From IMG/VR virus record IMGVR_UViG_3300032323_001292: DNA of 64,000 bases, one strand, 5' to 3'. The position numbers and the translations under genes are program-made. Shown in pieces: positions 1-10,338 of this stretch (positions are counted from its first letter, which is position 1; the number at the start of each line of letters is the position of its first letter). The notes below the pieces were generated by a model. That model saw only the letters and a list, made by a program, of their open reading frames with translations. It ran no database searches and had not been told where the DNA came from. This DNA comes from an uncultured virus (IMG/VR IMGVR_UViG_3300032323_001292). Taxonomy: Duplodnaviria > Heunggongvirae > Uroviricota > Caudoviricetes.

Positions 1-1
1 T

Positions 2-151
2 AGCCAATCTTTATATGAACTTGGAAGATGCCTTTCAGCTTATGAAAAAAATAGAGAAGATGTTTATTTACAAGAAGCTCTTACTGGAGCAGAAGCTTTA
101 CATGCAGTTTTAGATGAATTACATAATAGGACTATTAAGCCAACACGCTAA
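2..151 (+). CDS. 3' end of hypothetical protein (truncated by window start)
   Basis: Open frame from nt 2 (SQSLYELGRCLSAYEKNREDVYLQEALTGAEALHAVLDELHNRTIKPTR*) ending TAA at 149-151. Confidence 0.6.
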   Translation, partial: SQSLYELGRCLSAYEKNREDVYLQEALTGAEALHAVLDELHNRTIKPTR

Positions 152-239
152 CTGATGTCGGAACATCTACTATTAACGACTATATGTAATAATAGATATG
201 CCTCTCTTCCTTTCTCTCCCGTGTGGTGGCGGCACTCTT

Positions 240-272
240 ATGGCCTGGGTTAACTCCTAGGCCATTAGTTTT
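240..272 (+). terminator. Hairpin/intrinsic terminator upstream of tRNAs
   Basis: ATGGCCTGGG-TTAACT-CCTAGGCCAT stem followed by TAGTTTT. Confidence 0.55.
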
Positions 273-274
273 AG

Positions 275-346
275 GCCTCGATAGCACAGCGGTAGTGCAT
301 CCGCCTTGTAAGCGGAAGGTCGTCAGTTCAATCCTGACTCGAGGCT
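275..346 (+). tRNA. tRNA-Thr(UGU)
   Basis: Acceptor GCCTCGA/TCGAGGC, anticodon arm TCCGC-CTTGTAA-GCGGA, T-arm GTCAG-TTCAATC-CTGAC; no encoded CCA. Confidence 0.95.
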
Positions 347-352
347 CTCTGA

Positions 353-425
353 TGTCCTGTAGCTCAATTGGCAGAGCACTCGACTGTTAATCGAGTGGTT
401 ATTGGTTCGAGTCCAATCAGGACAG
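353..425 (+). tRNA. tRNA-Asn(GUU)
   Basis: Acceptor TGTCCTG/CAGGACA, D-arm GCTC..GAGC, anticodon arm CTCGA-CTGTTAA-TCGAG, T-loop TTCGAGT; no encoded CCA. Confidence 0.95.
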
Positions 426-469
426 CATATTGGTTAAACTTAAACTATCGTGTTAAAGAATTGGAAAAA

Positions 470-2065
470 ATGAACGAGCCAGAATTAGAACTTCTTGAAG
501 AGAACGAAGAGCTTTTAGAAGAAGAGTTTGAAGAAGATGAAGATGACCTTCCTCCCGAAGAGGAAGACGAACTTGATGAGTTATCTAAAGAATTTGTTAT
601 TAAATTAGTAGATAGAACTATGCAGTTTATGGAAGCCCTTGTTGGCCATGACCTTCACCCATATCAAAAACCTTTAGCACGTCGAATTATTGAATCTGTA
701 ATTATTAATGATGGTGAAGAAGTAACCGCTCTAGCTGCACGTCAATCAGGTAAATCTGAAACTATTGCTAATACAGTTGTTACTCTCATGGTTTTATTAC
801 CAAGACTTGCAAAGATGTATCCAGATTTACTAGGTAGATTTAAAACTGGTATCTGGGTAGGAATGTTTGCTCCAGTTGAAGGTCAGGTTGAAACTTTATT
901 TGGACGCGCTGTTAACAGGCTTACTAGTGAAAGAGCGCAAGAAATATTAGGTGACCCAGAAATAGATGACAGCCTTGGTAAAGTTCCTGGAGTTACTAGA
1001 CAGATTAAACTAAAGAACTCTGGTTCTACTTTAATGATGATGACAGCTAACCCAAGAGCAAAAATTGAATCTAAATCTTTTCATCTTATTGTTATTGACG
1101 AGTGTCAAGAAGCAGATGACTTTGTAGTATCTAAATCTATTTCTCCTATGTTGGCTTACTACTCAGGAACTATGGTTAAAACTGGTACTCCAACTACAAG
1201 TAAAAATAACTTTTACAGGTCTATTCAATTAAATAAGAGAAGACAAACAACTCGAGGCAGTAGACAAAACCACTTTGAATGGGATTGGCGCGAAGTAGCT
1301 AAAGTAAATCAAAACTACGGAAAATTTATTAAACGAGAAACTTTACGTATTGGTGAAGAATCTGACGAATTCCAAATGTCTTATTCTTGTAAATGGCTAC
1401 TTGAAAGAGGAATGTTTGTAACTTCTACAATTATGGACGAACTTGGAGATACTTCTCAAGAAATTGTCAAGGCTTGGCATCGTAGCCCTGTAGTAGTTGG
1501 AATTGACCCAGCAAGAAAACTAGATTCAACTGTAGTTACTGTTGTATGGGTTGATTGGGATAGACCAGATGAGTTTGGTTATTTTGACCACAGAATTCTT
1601 AATTGGCTTGAAATTCAAGGCGATGATTGGGAAGACCAGTATTTTCAAATAGTTAACTTCCTTTCTGCATACGATGTGATAGCTGTTGGAGTTGATGCAA
1701 ACGGAGTTGGAGATGCAGTAGCCCAACGTCTTAAGCTTTTGCTTCCAGGAGCCGAAGTTCACTCTCTAGGCAGTAGCCAACCAGAGCAGTCAAAACGTTG
1801 GAAACATTTAAAGGCTTTAATTGATAGAAGGATGGTCGGTTGGCCAGCTCATGCAAAGACTAGACGATTAAGAACCTGGAAACGTTTCTACCAACAGATG
1901 ACTGATTTAGAAACTAAATTTACTGGACCTAACTTTTTAGCCAAAGCCCCCGATGAAGCCCATGCTCATGATGACTTTGCTGACAGTTTGGCTATCGCTT
2001 GTAGTCTCACATTAGATTTAACAATGCCCTCAGTAGAGGTCAGTTCATCGCCTTTTTACAGGTAA
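470..2065 (+). CDS. terL: Terminase large subunit
   Basis: Walker A ARQSGKS, Walker B LIVIDE, coupling motif GTP, RNase H-like GIDPA...DDFADS. Start moved to ATG 470 because the ORF-track start lies inside tRNA-Asn. Confidence 0.93.
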   Translation: MNEPELELLEENEELLEEEFEEDEDDLPPEEEDELDELSKEFVIKLVDRTMQFMEALVGHDLHPYQKPLARRIIESVIINDGEEVTALAARQSGKSETIANTVVTLMVLLPRLAKMYPDLLGRFKTGIWVGMFAPVEGQVETLFGRAVNRLTSERAQEILGDPEIDDSLGKVPGVTRQIKLKNSGSTLMMMTANPRAKIESKSFHLIVIDECQEADDFVVSKSISPMLAYYSGTMVKTGTPTTSKNNFYRSIQLNKRRQTTRGSRQNHFEWDWREVAKVNQNYGKFIKRETLRIGEESDEFQMSYSCKWLLERGMFVTSTIMDELGDTSQEIVKAWHRSPVVVGIDPARKLDSTVVTVVWVDWDRPDEFGYFDHRILNWLEIQGDDWEDQYFQIVNFLSAYDVIAVGVDANGVGDAVAQRLKLLLPGAEVHSLGSSQPEQSKRWKHLKALIDRRMVGWPAHAKTRRLRTWKRFYQQMTDLETKFTGPNFLAKAPDEAHAHDDFADSLAIACSLTLDLTMPSVEVSSSPFYR

Positions 2066-2147
2066 ACTTGATTTTAGCCTGACATAAAGGTAAAAAAGCA
2101 GAACACTTTTATTAAGGTACCTTAAATAGAAATATGGAGTTTTAAAT

Positions 2148-2546
2148 ATGGCAATTGCACCAGCGCCTAAATTTCCAGAGCGCCCAGGTAATATCTATGA
2201 CCGTAAAATGGCCGGAGCAATTCCTGGTCAACGTGGACCTCTTCGTTTTGAAGAAGGATTAGCAACAGACACAGATATTCCACAGGAATTCTCTAACGGA
2301 GCCTCTCAAGGTTACACACCTGCAGCAGGACGTCCGAATCGTAATGCACCAGTTCACACTAAGCCAGCCGAAGAAACAATGCGCGAACGTGCACATGTTG
2401 GTTCAGCAGCTTGGGTAGAGGCACCAAATACTCTACAAGAATTTGCTACTGGTTCATTTGCTGATTATGCAGAAAACAAAATTGAAGAAGTTTTCCGCGA
2501 TGGTTCACATCAACAACGTTTGAACCCTGCAGTAGTACAAGACTAG
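2148..2546 (+). CDS. Hypothetical protein (head module)
   Basis: 132-aa ORF with GGAG RBS, between terminase and portal. Confidence 0.75.
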   Translation: MAIAPAPKFPERPGNIYDRKMAGAIPGQRGPLRFEEGLATDTDIPQEFSNGASQGYTPAAGRPNRNAPVHTKPAEETMRERAHVGSAAWVEAPNTLQEFATGSFADYAENKIEEVFRDGSHQQRLNPAVVQD

Positions 2547-2619
2547 TAATCTCACTTAACCTGTCTAACTAACTTGTGTATTGCAAGTTGGTCAGGCAGG
2601 TTTTGGAGCTTGAGGACAT

Positions 2620-2928
2620 ATGGCATTAATTTCAGGTAAAGAAGTAAAAGAGGGCCCTAAGCAGTTACCTGCTAACCCTAAAATGTGGAACATGCTTACT
2701 ATGCAAGCACGTACTAAATTTAATGTTTATCCTTCTCCAGCAGCAGCTCACTGGGTTCACGCTCGTTATACTCAAATGGGTGGAAAATTTGTTCAATCTA
2801 AAAAAGAAATAGACCCAAGATTTAGAGATTATGCAAAAGAAAAGCAAGACAAGATTAAAGAAGAACAAAATAAAAAAGTAACTAAGCCTGTTGGCAAAAG
2901 CCAACTTAAAGGCCAGCGCCACAGATAA
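2620..2928 (+). CDS. Hypothetical basic protein (head module)
   Basis: 102-aa ORF with GAGG RBS. Confidence 0.7.
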   Translation: MALISGKEVKEGPKQLPANPKMWNMLTMQARTKFNVYPSPAAAHWVHARYTQMGGKFVQSKKEIDPRFRDYAKEKQDKIKEEQNKKVTKPVGKSQLKGQRHR

Positions 2929-2997
2929 CCGTGGCGAAAAATATTAGTACAGTTAATAGTGCTAAGATATAACAAATAGTTTGGAGAGGATTAATAG

Positions 2998-4704
2998 GTG
3001 ACAAGCGGCCTAGACTTTTCCCCTCCTAGTTATAGGGCAGCGTCTTCTGATTTAACAATCTCTATATCCCCTCTTGGATTAGTAGAATTAGCTGATGAAG
3101 AATTTGAGGTTCACGGTCCTCGTCTAAACCGTTATTCATTGAACTGGGCTATGTACCTAGGTCATCATTATTCTTATCGCCGTCAAACTGGTGAAACCCA
3201 AATGGTGCTCAATTATTACAGAGCATTTACAGATTTCATTATTAACTTTACATTTAGTAAAGGTGTTCAATTTAGAAGCCCTAAAGAAACAGAAGCAATT
3301 GTTCCAGATTTATTAGAACGTGTATGGGAAGTAGACAACAACAAAGCAACAGTACTTTGGGAAATTGGTCAACAAGGTGGAGTATCTGGTGATTGTTTTA
3401 TTAAAGTTGCTTATGAAGAAGCATGGGTAGACCCAGCTGGTCGTCAACATCCAGGTCGTGTTCGCGTACTTCCATTAAACTCTTCTTTTTGTTTTCCAGA
3501 ATTCCATCCACATGACCGTGAACGTTTAATTAGATTTAAATTAAAATACCGTTTTTGGGGTACATCTCTAGAAGGTACACGTCAAGTATTTACTTATACT
3601 GAAATCTTGACTGATGACATTATTGAAGAATACATTAATGATGAACTTATTGACTCACGTCCAAATCCACTTGGTGTTATTCCAGTTATCCATATTCCTA
3701 ACATTCGTATTTCAGGTTCTCCTTGGGGCCTATCTGATTGCAATGACATTATTCCAATTAATAGAACTTACAACGAAGTAGCAACTGACATTGCTGACAT
3801 TGTTAATTACCACGCTGCTCCAGTAACTGTAATTATTGGTGCTAAAGCTTCTCAATTAGAAAAAGGCGCTAACAAAGTATGGGGCGGTCTACCAAAAGAT
3901 GCAAAGGTAGAAAATCTAGAAGGTGGCGCACAAGGTCTTAAAGGTGCAATGGATTTCCTTGCAATGATGAAAAAAGCAATGCACGAAATGGTTGGTGTAC
4001 CAGAGACTGCTCTTGGACAAGCACAACCTATTTCAAATACATCAGGTGTTGCTTTGTCTATTCAGTTCCAACCTTTAATGAATCGTTACCACCAAAAGAT
4101 TGTTCAATACGCTCATGGATTAGAGCGTATTAATGAACTTATATTATTGAACTTAGCGGTAAAAGAACCAGAAACCTTTACTTGGGACCCTAATACTGAC
4201 GTAGAACTAAAAGAAGGTCAAACTCCACAACTAGATACCAATGACCAATTAACATACCGTTCTTACGTACACTTCCCACAACCACTTCCATTAGACAAGT
4301 TAATTGCTCTTAATGAAATTCAATCATTGCTATCTCTTGGCTTAGAGTCAAAAGAAGGTGCTTTACGAGTTTTGGGTGAAGAATTCCCAGCAGAGAAGTT
4401 GAATGAAATCCGTAAAGAACTTCAAGACGACGCAATAGCCGATGGTGCTCTAAAACTTCTACAGACTCAAATTGAACAAGAAATTATGGAACTAACAGGA
4501 ACTACGCCACCTCCAGAACCAGGGGCCCCTAGTGCTGGTAAAGGCGCTGGGGCAGGTATGCCTACTCCTATGGTTCCTCCAACCCTTGATGATGCAGCCA
4601 TGGCTTCAAAACTAGGAGAGACTTCATTAAGGACACAGTTAGTAACTAAAGCTTACGGTACAAAACTTCCTCAACGAAGAGTTCCGCAAGAATACGAAAA
4701 ATAG
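2998..4704 (+). CDS. Portal protein
   Basis: 568 aa between TerL and scaffold/MCP; SPP1-gp6-like portal motifs (NPLGVIPVIHIPN, PWGLSD, SGVAL). Confidence 0.85.
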   Translation: MTSGLDFSPPSYRAASSDLTISISPLGLVELADEEFEVHGPRLNRYSLNWAMYLGHHYSYRRQTGETQMVLNYYRAFTDFIINFTFSKGVQFRSPKETEAIVPDLLERVWEVDNNKATVLWEIGQQGGVSGDCFIKVAYEEAWVDPAGRQHPGRVRVLPLNSSFCFPEFHPHDRERLIRFKLKYRFWGTSLEGTRQVFTYTEILTDDIIEEYINDELIDSRPNPLGVIPVIHIPNIRISGSPWGLSDCNDIIPINRTYNEVATDIADIVNYHAAPVTVIIGAKASQLEKGANKVWGGLPKDAKVENLEGGAQGLKGAMDFLAMMKKAMHEMVGVPETALGQAQPISNTSGVALSIQFQPLMNRYHQKIVQYAHGLERINELILLNLAVKEPETFTWDPNTDVELKEGQTPQLDTNDQLTYRSYVHFPQPLPLDKLIALNEIQSLLSLGLESKEGALRVLGEEFPAEKLNEIRKELQDDAIADGALKLLQTQIEQEIMELTGTTPPPEPGAPSAGKGAGAGMPTPMVPPTLDDAAMASKLGETSLRTQLVTKAYGTKLPQRRVPQEYEK

Positions 4705-4826
4705 GTAAAATAAGCATTTTAGGCTGAAAATTTCGTGTTGTAAGGCAAAATTAAATATAGATAGAAACGTTTGGTCAAATGTGTTATTAATTCGGAAAAC
4801 GACCCAGAGGACACTAAGGATAAACT

Positions 4827-5600
4827 ATGTCAGAAGTAACAGAAATGAATGTAGAGGCTTTCGCAGCCGAAGCAGAAGCAGTATCAACAGCACCTACAAT
4901 TGCTGAAACACCAGCAGTGGTAGAAGAATTAAAAGGCAAGAAATTTTACACAGAAGATGATTTGGCAAAAGTAAGAAGCCAAGAAAAAGAAAAGCTCTAT
5001 CCTCAAATTGATAAATTAAAGGAAGAACTTGAAATCTTAAAGAAGGACCGCGAAGAAAAATTGGCTCACAAGGCAGACATTGAAGCCGAAGAAGCAGCTA
5101 GAGCAAAAGCAAAAGCTGAAGAAGAACTTGAAGTGCGCGAACTTCTAAAAGTAAAAGAACAAGAATGGCAACAACAGCTAGAAGCTGAAAAGCAAGAACG
5201 CGAAAGAGCTTTTTCTTTATTAGAAAGAGAAAGACAATTCGCAGACCTACAGTCTTACCGTTCACAACGGTTAGAACAAGAACGGGAAAATATTATTCCT
5301 GAACTTGTTGACCTTATTAGTGGAAACACTAAAGAGGAAGTAGATGCAAGTATTGAGGGTTTGAAAGAACGCTCAGCACGCATCTTAGATTCGGCACAGG
5401 CAGCAATGCAAAGTGCACGAAAAGAAATGACTGGAACGCGTGTGACAACGCCTCCAGCAGGACCTATGGAAACTAATTCGGAACAACGTTCGTTCTCTGC
5501 ACAAGACATCTCGTCTATGTCAATGGAAGAATATGCGAAGTATCGTCAACGCCTCTTGAGCCCAAGTGCTCAAGGCAAAACGCGCGGACTGTTCGGCTAA
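4827..5600 (+). CDS. Capsid scaffolding protein
   Basis: E/K/A-rich coiled coil, C-terminal MSMEEYAKYR helix, directly upstream of MCP. Confidence 0.8.
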   Translation: MSEVTEMNVEAFAAEAEAVSTAPTIAETPAVVEELKGKKFYTEDDLAKVRSQEKEKLYPQIDKLKEELEILKKDREEKLAHKADIEAEEAARAKAKAEEELEVRELLKVKEQEWQQQLEAEKQERERAFSLLERERQFADLQSYRSQRLEQERENIIPELVDLISGNTKEEVDASIEGLKERSARILDSAQAAMQSARKEMTGTRVTTPPAGPMETNSEQRSFSAQDISSMSMEEYAKYRQRLLSPSAQGKTRGLFG

Positions 5601-5637
5601 ACCCACAAATACAAAACTAACAAGGAGTCCAATCTAA

Positions 5638-6708
5638 ATGGCATCTGGTATTACGGGTACCGGCAATCTCGCCGCATCCCCAACAGCGTACTCAGGTACA
5701 AACACACAATTGACTCAAGCGATTCAGACAATCTGGTCAAAGGAAATCCTTTTCCAGGCTATGCCTATCCTTCGCTTTGAACAATTTGCAGTTAAGAAAA
5801 CTGAACTTGGTGTTGCACCTGGTTTACAAATCAATTTCATGCGTTACAACAACTTGGGATTTGCAAGTTCCCTAGTTGAAGGTGTACGTATGAAAACAAA
5901 CGCATTAACAGCACAACAATTCTCAATTACAGTATCTGAACACGGCTATGCATTAGCAGTTTCAGAATTGTTATTGAACGCTTCCTTCGATGACGTAATG
6001 GCTTCTGCCTCACGTCTTCTTGGACGTAACATGGCAATTTACCTAGACCAATTGAGCCGCGATACTCTGTACAGCGCAACCTCAACAATCTACGGTGAAG
6101 ACCGCTCAGCTCTATCTGCAGTTAACAACTGGTATGCCTATGGCACAACAGCTGCTAACCGTGCAGCAATGACAGGTGCTTTCTACTTAACACCTCACAC
6201 AGTTAAGGATGCAGTAGAAACACTATCAACCAAGAACATCCCAAGGTTAGGCGAAACCTACGTTGCGTTTGTTCACCCACATCAATCACGTCGTCTACGC
6301 GACATGCCTGAATTCATCGAAGTAACGAAGTATGCCGCTCCAGGTAACTTCATGCTTGGTGAAATCGGACGTTTGTACGATTGTGTTTTCATCGAAACCA
6401 CACAAGTACTAAAGGTTACAGGCGGTGCTGGTGCAGGTTACTCAGCTGATACAGCTGTTGCTAGCCCAACAGTAACTCCTGGTGGAGGTTACACAACACC
6501 AGCTACCTTTACAGGTAACGGTGCAGCTGACCGCTACGATGCAATCTTCATTGGAGATAACGCATTTGGTCACGCAATCTCACTTCCAGTAGAACTTCGC
6601 GATGGCGGAATTCTAGACTTCGGTCGTGAACACGCATTAGCTTGGTACTCAATCTTCGGACTTGGTCTAATCACTGACCAATCTGTAGTTATTGCAGAAA
6701 CCAACTAG
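5638..6708 (+). CDS. Major capsid protein (N4-gp56-like family)
   Basis: 356 aa, AAGGAG RBS, high-expression codon bias, motifs YVAFVHP, GEIGRLYDCVFIET, DFGREHALAWY. Confidence 0.88.
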   Translation: MASGITGTGNLAASPTAYSGTNTQLTQAIQTIWSKEILFQAMPILRFEQFAVKKTELGVAPGLQINFMRYNNLGFASSLVEGVRMKTNALTAQQFSITVSEHGYALAVSELLLNASFDDVMASASRLLGRNMAIYLDQLSRDTLYSATSTIYGEDRSALSAVNNWYAYGTTAANRAAMTGAFYLTPHTVKDAVETLSTKNIPRLGETYVAFVHPHQSRRLRDMPEFIEVTKYAAPGNFMLGEIGRLYDCVFIETTQVLKVTGGAGAGYSADTAVASPTVTPGGGYTTPATFTGNGAADRYDAIFIGDNAFGHAISLPVELRDGGILDFGREHALAWYSIFGLGLITDQSVVIAETN

Positions 6709-6719
6709 TAAGTAATTCC

Positions 6720-6750
6720 GTTGGGGGCGGTTCAAAAAACTGCTCCCAAC
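6720..6750 (+). promoter_or_regulatory. Stem-loop after MCP (mRNA stabiliser or weak terminator)
   Basis: GTTGGGGGCGGTT..AACTGCTCCCAAC; no U-tract. Confidence 0.5.
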
Positions 6751-6784
6751 ACAAACAACAGCTATTAATACGGAGGATATAAAA

Positions 6785-7141
6785 GTGGCAAAGGTAAACG
6801 ATTTCACCGGCCGTCAAAAAGAAGCTCTTCAAAAACAATTTGCCGAAGAGCAAGCACAACGTGCTACAGAGATGTCATTAGCAACTGCAGAAGCCCAAAT
6901 TAAATTGGAAACTGAAGTTATTGATGCAACAAAACCATCAGTAGCAACCGTCATTGTTGAAGATATAACAAAGATATCTACCCAAGATGACACAGTAGTT
7001 ATTAGAGTAGTTGAAGATATTGAAAACATGACTTTAGGTATCGGAAACAACTATAGTTTTAAGGCAGGACAAAAGTACCAAGTTACTAAGGCAGTAGCCA
7101 CCCATTTACAGGAAAAAGGCTATTTAGCTGGCGTAATTTAA
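6785..7141 (+). CDS. Hypothetical virion-associated protein
   Basis: 118 aa, GGAGG RBS, GTG start, follows MCP. Confidence 0.7.
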   Translation: MAKVNDFTGRQKEALQKQFAEEQAQRATEMSLATAEAQIKLETEVIDATKPSVATVIVEDITKISTQDDTVVIRVVEDIENMTLGIGNNYSFKAGQKYQVTKAVATHLQEKGYLAGVI

Positions 7142-7157
7142 TAAAAGAGTTACACAG

Positions 7158-7189
7158 ATAGCGGGCTCTTGTAGCCCGCTATTTTGTTT
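7158..7189 (+). terminator. Rho-independent terminator
   Basis: ATAGCGGGCT-CTTGT-AGCCCGCTAT then TTTGTTT. Confidence 0.8.
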
Positions 7190-7246
7190 ATAAAGATTTT
7201 TTAAGTAATAACTGACAAGATTTAGTGGTAGCGTGAGGAGTAATCT

Positions 7247-8311
7247 GTGGCCCTACTAGCAGACCTACTTTCTAGGGTCCGTCTAGAACTCGGTGACGAG
7301 GCTAAGCAATTCGTATATTCATCCACTGGTGATGGAACGAATACTAGATTCTACGTAAACGCTAAACCTGTTGAATTAGACAACCTCACAGTGTTGGTTG
7401 CTGGAACTCCTATTCCATATCCTGCTGGATATACCATTGAACAAAAAACTGGAATTATTACTTTTGCTGTAGCTCCTGCTAATGGAGCCAGTGTGAACGT
7501 AACAGGCGTAACCAATAGATACTTTTTAGATGATGACCTTTGTATTTTTATAAATACTGCAGTAATTCAACATTCTCATAATAGGACTGATGGCACTGGA
7601 AGTGCTATAACTTTAGCATCTATTCCAGCAGTAGAGGAATACCCAGTAGCAATTCTTGCTGTTATTGAAGCCTTATGGGCATTAGCAACTGACGCTGCAT
7701 TTGATATTAATATATTTGCTCCAGATGGAGTAACAATTCCTCGTTCTGAAAGATACCAACAATTAATGCAAACTATTAATCAACGTTGGGAACAATACAA
7801 TCAACTGTGTCATGCATTAAATATTGGTCTATGGCGTTTAGAAATAGGAATACTGCGTAGAGTATCTCGTCTTACAAATAAACTTGTTCCTGTATATATG
7901 TCACAAGAAATTGATGATGGTAGAAGACCAGAACGTGTTTATATTACAAATGACCTTAATGGTAGAACGCCAACACCATCTACTGCTCAAAATTATGACA
8001 TTGTTCTTTATCAAGGAGATTCATATGAATGTACATTTAACTTTCCATTTAATACAACTAACTTAAACTTTAAAGCACAAATTAGAACTTATCCTAATGC
8101 TCCAGCATTATATGGAACATTTACAGTAACTAAAGTATCTCAAACTAATGCTTTAAGTGTTGTTAAAATTGAACTTACTAATTCTGAAACTGAATACTTA
8201 CCTAGAAGAGCTTTCTGGGACTTACAAGCAACATCCACTGTAGACCCTGATTTCCAACAAACTTATATTAAAGGTCAGGTGTTTGTTACACAACAGGTGA
8301 CACTTGACTAA
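7247..8311 (+). CDS. Putative head-tail connector/neck protein with extra beta domains
   Basis: N-terminal LLSRVRLELGD and FLDDDL typical of head-tail adaptors; position after MCP. Confidence 0.55.
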   Translation: MALLADLLSRVRLELGDEAKQFVYSSTGDGTNTRFYVNAKPVELDNLTVLVAGTPIPYPAGYTIEQKTGIITFAVAPANGASVNVTGVTNRYFLDDDLCIFINTAVIQHSHNRTDGTGSAITLASIPAVEEYPVAILAVIEALWALATDAAFDINIFAPDGVTIPRSERYQQLMQTINQRWEQYNQLCHALNIGLWRLEIGILRRVSRLTNKLVPVYMSQEIDDGRRPERVYITNDLNGRTPTPSTAQNYDIVLYQGDSYECTFNFPFNTTNLNFKAQIRTYPNAPALYGTFTVTKVSQTNALSVVKIELTNSETEYLPRRAFWDLQATSTVDPDFQQTYIKGQVFVTQQVTLD

Positions 8312-10338
8312 TGCCTTGTAACCAAGACCCGTGCGTGTGTGGTGCTCAAGGCATCACTGTAACTCCTCAATCTCCTATTGTTATTACTGTTAATTCTCAA
8401 CAAATAAATCAATCTGTTCAATCTCCTATAAATGTTAATAATGGAACACAAGGAATTCAAGGAACTCAAGGATTACAAGGCCGTCAAGGTTTACAAGGTA
8501 ACCAAGGTTCTCAAGGTAGCCAGGGCGTACAAGGATTACAAGGTAATTTAGGTCCACAAGGTATACAGGGTTCACAAGGGATACAAGGTGAACGTGGATT
8601 ACAAGGCAGACAAGGTACACAGGGAAACCAAGGTACACAAGGTTTACAAGGTTCCAATGCAACAATGCAGGGAACGCAAGGTATTCAAGGTTCATTAGGT
8701 AATCAAGGTATACAAGGATTACAAGGTCAACGTGGATTACAAGGTTTTCAAGGTTTACAAGGTGATTTAGGTTTACAAGGTTTTCACGGAGCGCAAGGTA
8801 CAACTGGTTCTGGCGCTCAAGGTATACAAGGTATTCAGGGACAACGTGGTTTACAAGGATTCCAAGGTTTACAAGGTGTACAAGGTTCTAGAGGAAATCA
8901 AGGAACGCAAGGCGCACAAGGAACTTTAGGTTCTCAAGGTTTTCAAGGAACATTAGGTGCGCAAGGTACACAAGGCTTACAAGGCCAACGTGGTATTCAA
9001 GGATTTACCGGAACACAAGGCACAGATGGTTTACAAGGTAATCAAGGACTTCAAGGTCAGCGTGGTGTACAAGGTAATCAAGGAACACAAGGTCGTCAAG
9101 GTCTACAAGGTGAAATTGGTTCGCAAGGTTTACAAGGTATTGGAATACAAGGTTTTCAAGGTATTGCTGGCGCAGTAGCTGCGCAAGGAATTCAAGGAAG
9201 ACAAGGAACGCAAGGTTCATTAGGTTTTCAAGGTTCGTTAGGTTTTCAAGGTATATCTGGCGCATTTGCTGGTCAAGGTGTTCAGGGAACGCAAGGTATT
9301 CAAGGCGATGGTATTCAAGGTGCGCAAGGTCTTCAAGGATTTAACGCAGGAATTTCATTTGGTCCAACTCCCCCACCAAGCCCATTAATTGGTGACAGAT
9401 GGGTTGACTCTAATAGTGGAATTGAATACACATGGATTAACGATGGCACTAATCAAACTTGGGTTGAAGTAAGTGCAAGTGGTTTTTCTGGCGCACAGGG
9501 TGTACAAGGCTCTACTGGAGCTGGTACACAAGGTATCCAAGGTGTTCAAGGTAACTTTGGTATTCAAGGTATACAAGGTGGATTTGGTTTACAAGGTTTA
9601 ACTGGCGTTGGGTTCCAAGGTTTACAAGGTATCCAAGGTTTACAGGGCGAAGCAATACAAGGTTTACAAGGTATTGCAATACAAGGTGCGCAAGGACCAA
9701 ATGCTGCTATTTCATTTGGACCAACACCTCCAATATCTCCTTTAATTGGTGATAGGTGGGTTGACTCAAATACAGGTATTGAGTACACATATATAAATGA
9801 TGGAACAAATAATACTTGGGTTGAAGTTTCAGCTTCTGGATTTGCTGGTGCTCAGGGTATTCAAGGTCCTGCGGGAAGTATGCAAGGTACACAAGGTGTA
9901 CAAGGTTTTGAGGGTCCTGGAACTTATACAATTTCTGCAACACCACCAGTTGCTCCAGAAACTGGAGATACTTGGTTAGATTCCGATACAGGAAAGCTTT
10001 ATATTTGGGACGGAATTGAGTGGTTTGAAGCTTACGGAAACAACGATGGTTTACAAGGCACTCAAGGTGTTCAAGGAAGTGTTGGTATTCAAGGTCTTAA
10101 TGGACTTTTTGCTGGTCAGGGTGTACAAGGTCCACAAGGATTACAAGGTAATCAAGGCCTTGGTTTACAAGGAACTCAAGGTCTACAAGGTAATCAAGGA
10201 CCAATTGGATTAAGTGGAATACCTGTTGGTGGTTCAACTGGTCAAATCCTTGCTAAAAATTCTGCTACTAATTACGATACAATTTGGGTAGACACTGATT
10301 TAAATCAAATAAGCCCACTACTACTAATGGGAGCATAA
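8311..10338 (+). CDS. Collagen-like (Gly-X-Gln) fibre protein
   Basis: Long G-x-Q triplet runs interrupted by GDRWVDS modules; ends SPLLLMGA. Confidence 0.85.
   Translation: MPCNQDPCVCGAQGITVTPQSPIVITVNSQQINQSVQSPINVNNGTQGIQGTQGLQGRQGLQGNQGSQGSQGVQGLQGNLGPQGIQGSQGIQGERGLQGRQGTQGNQGTQGLQGSNATMQGTQGIQGSLGNQGIQGLQGQRGLQGFQGLQGDLGLQGFHGAQGTTGSGAQGIQGIQGQRGLQGFQGLQGVQGSRGNQGTQGAQGTLGSQGFQGTLGAQGTQGLQGQRGIQGFTGTQGTDGLQGNQGLQGQRGVQGNQGTQGRQGLQGEIGSQGLQGIGIQGFQGIAGAVAAQGIQGRQGTQGSLGFQGSLGFQGISGAFAGQGVQGTQGIQGDGIQGAQGLQGFNAGISFGPTPPPSPLIGDRWVDSNSGIEYTWINDGTNQTWVEVSASGFSGAQGVQGSTGAGTQGIQGVQGNFGIQGIQGGFGLQGLTGVGFQGLQGIQGLQGEAIQGLQGIAIQGAQGPNAAISFGPTPPISPLIGDRWVDSNTGIEYTYINDGTNNTWVEVSASGFAGAQGIQGPAGSMQGTQGVQGFEGPGTYTISATPPVAPETGDTWLDSDTGKLYIWDGIEWFEAYGNNDGLQGTQGVQGSVGIQGLNGLFAGQGVQGPQGLQGNQGLGLQGTQGLQGNQGPIGLSGIPVGGSTGQILAKNSATNYDTIWVDTDLNQISPLLLMGA

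Noticed and set aside
368..469. ORF-track N-terminal extension of terminase
   Set aside because: It starts inside the tRNA-Asn gene; ATG 470 is the plausible start
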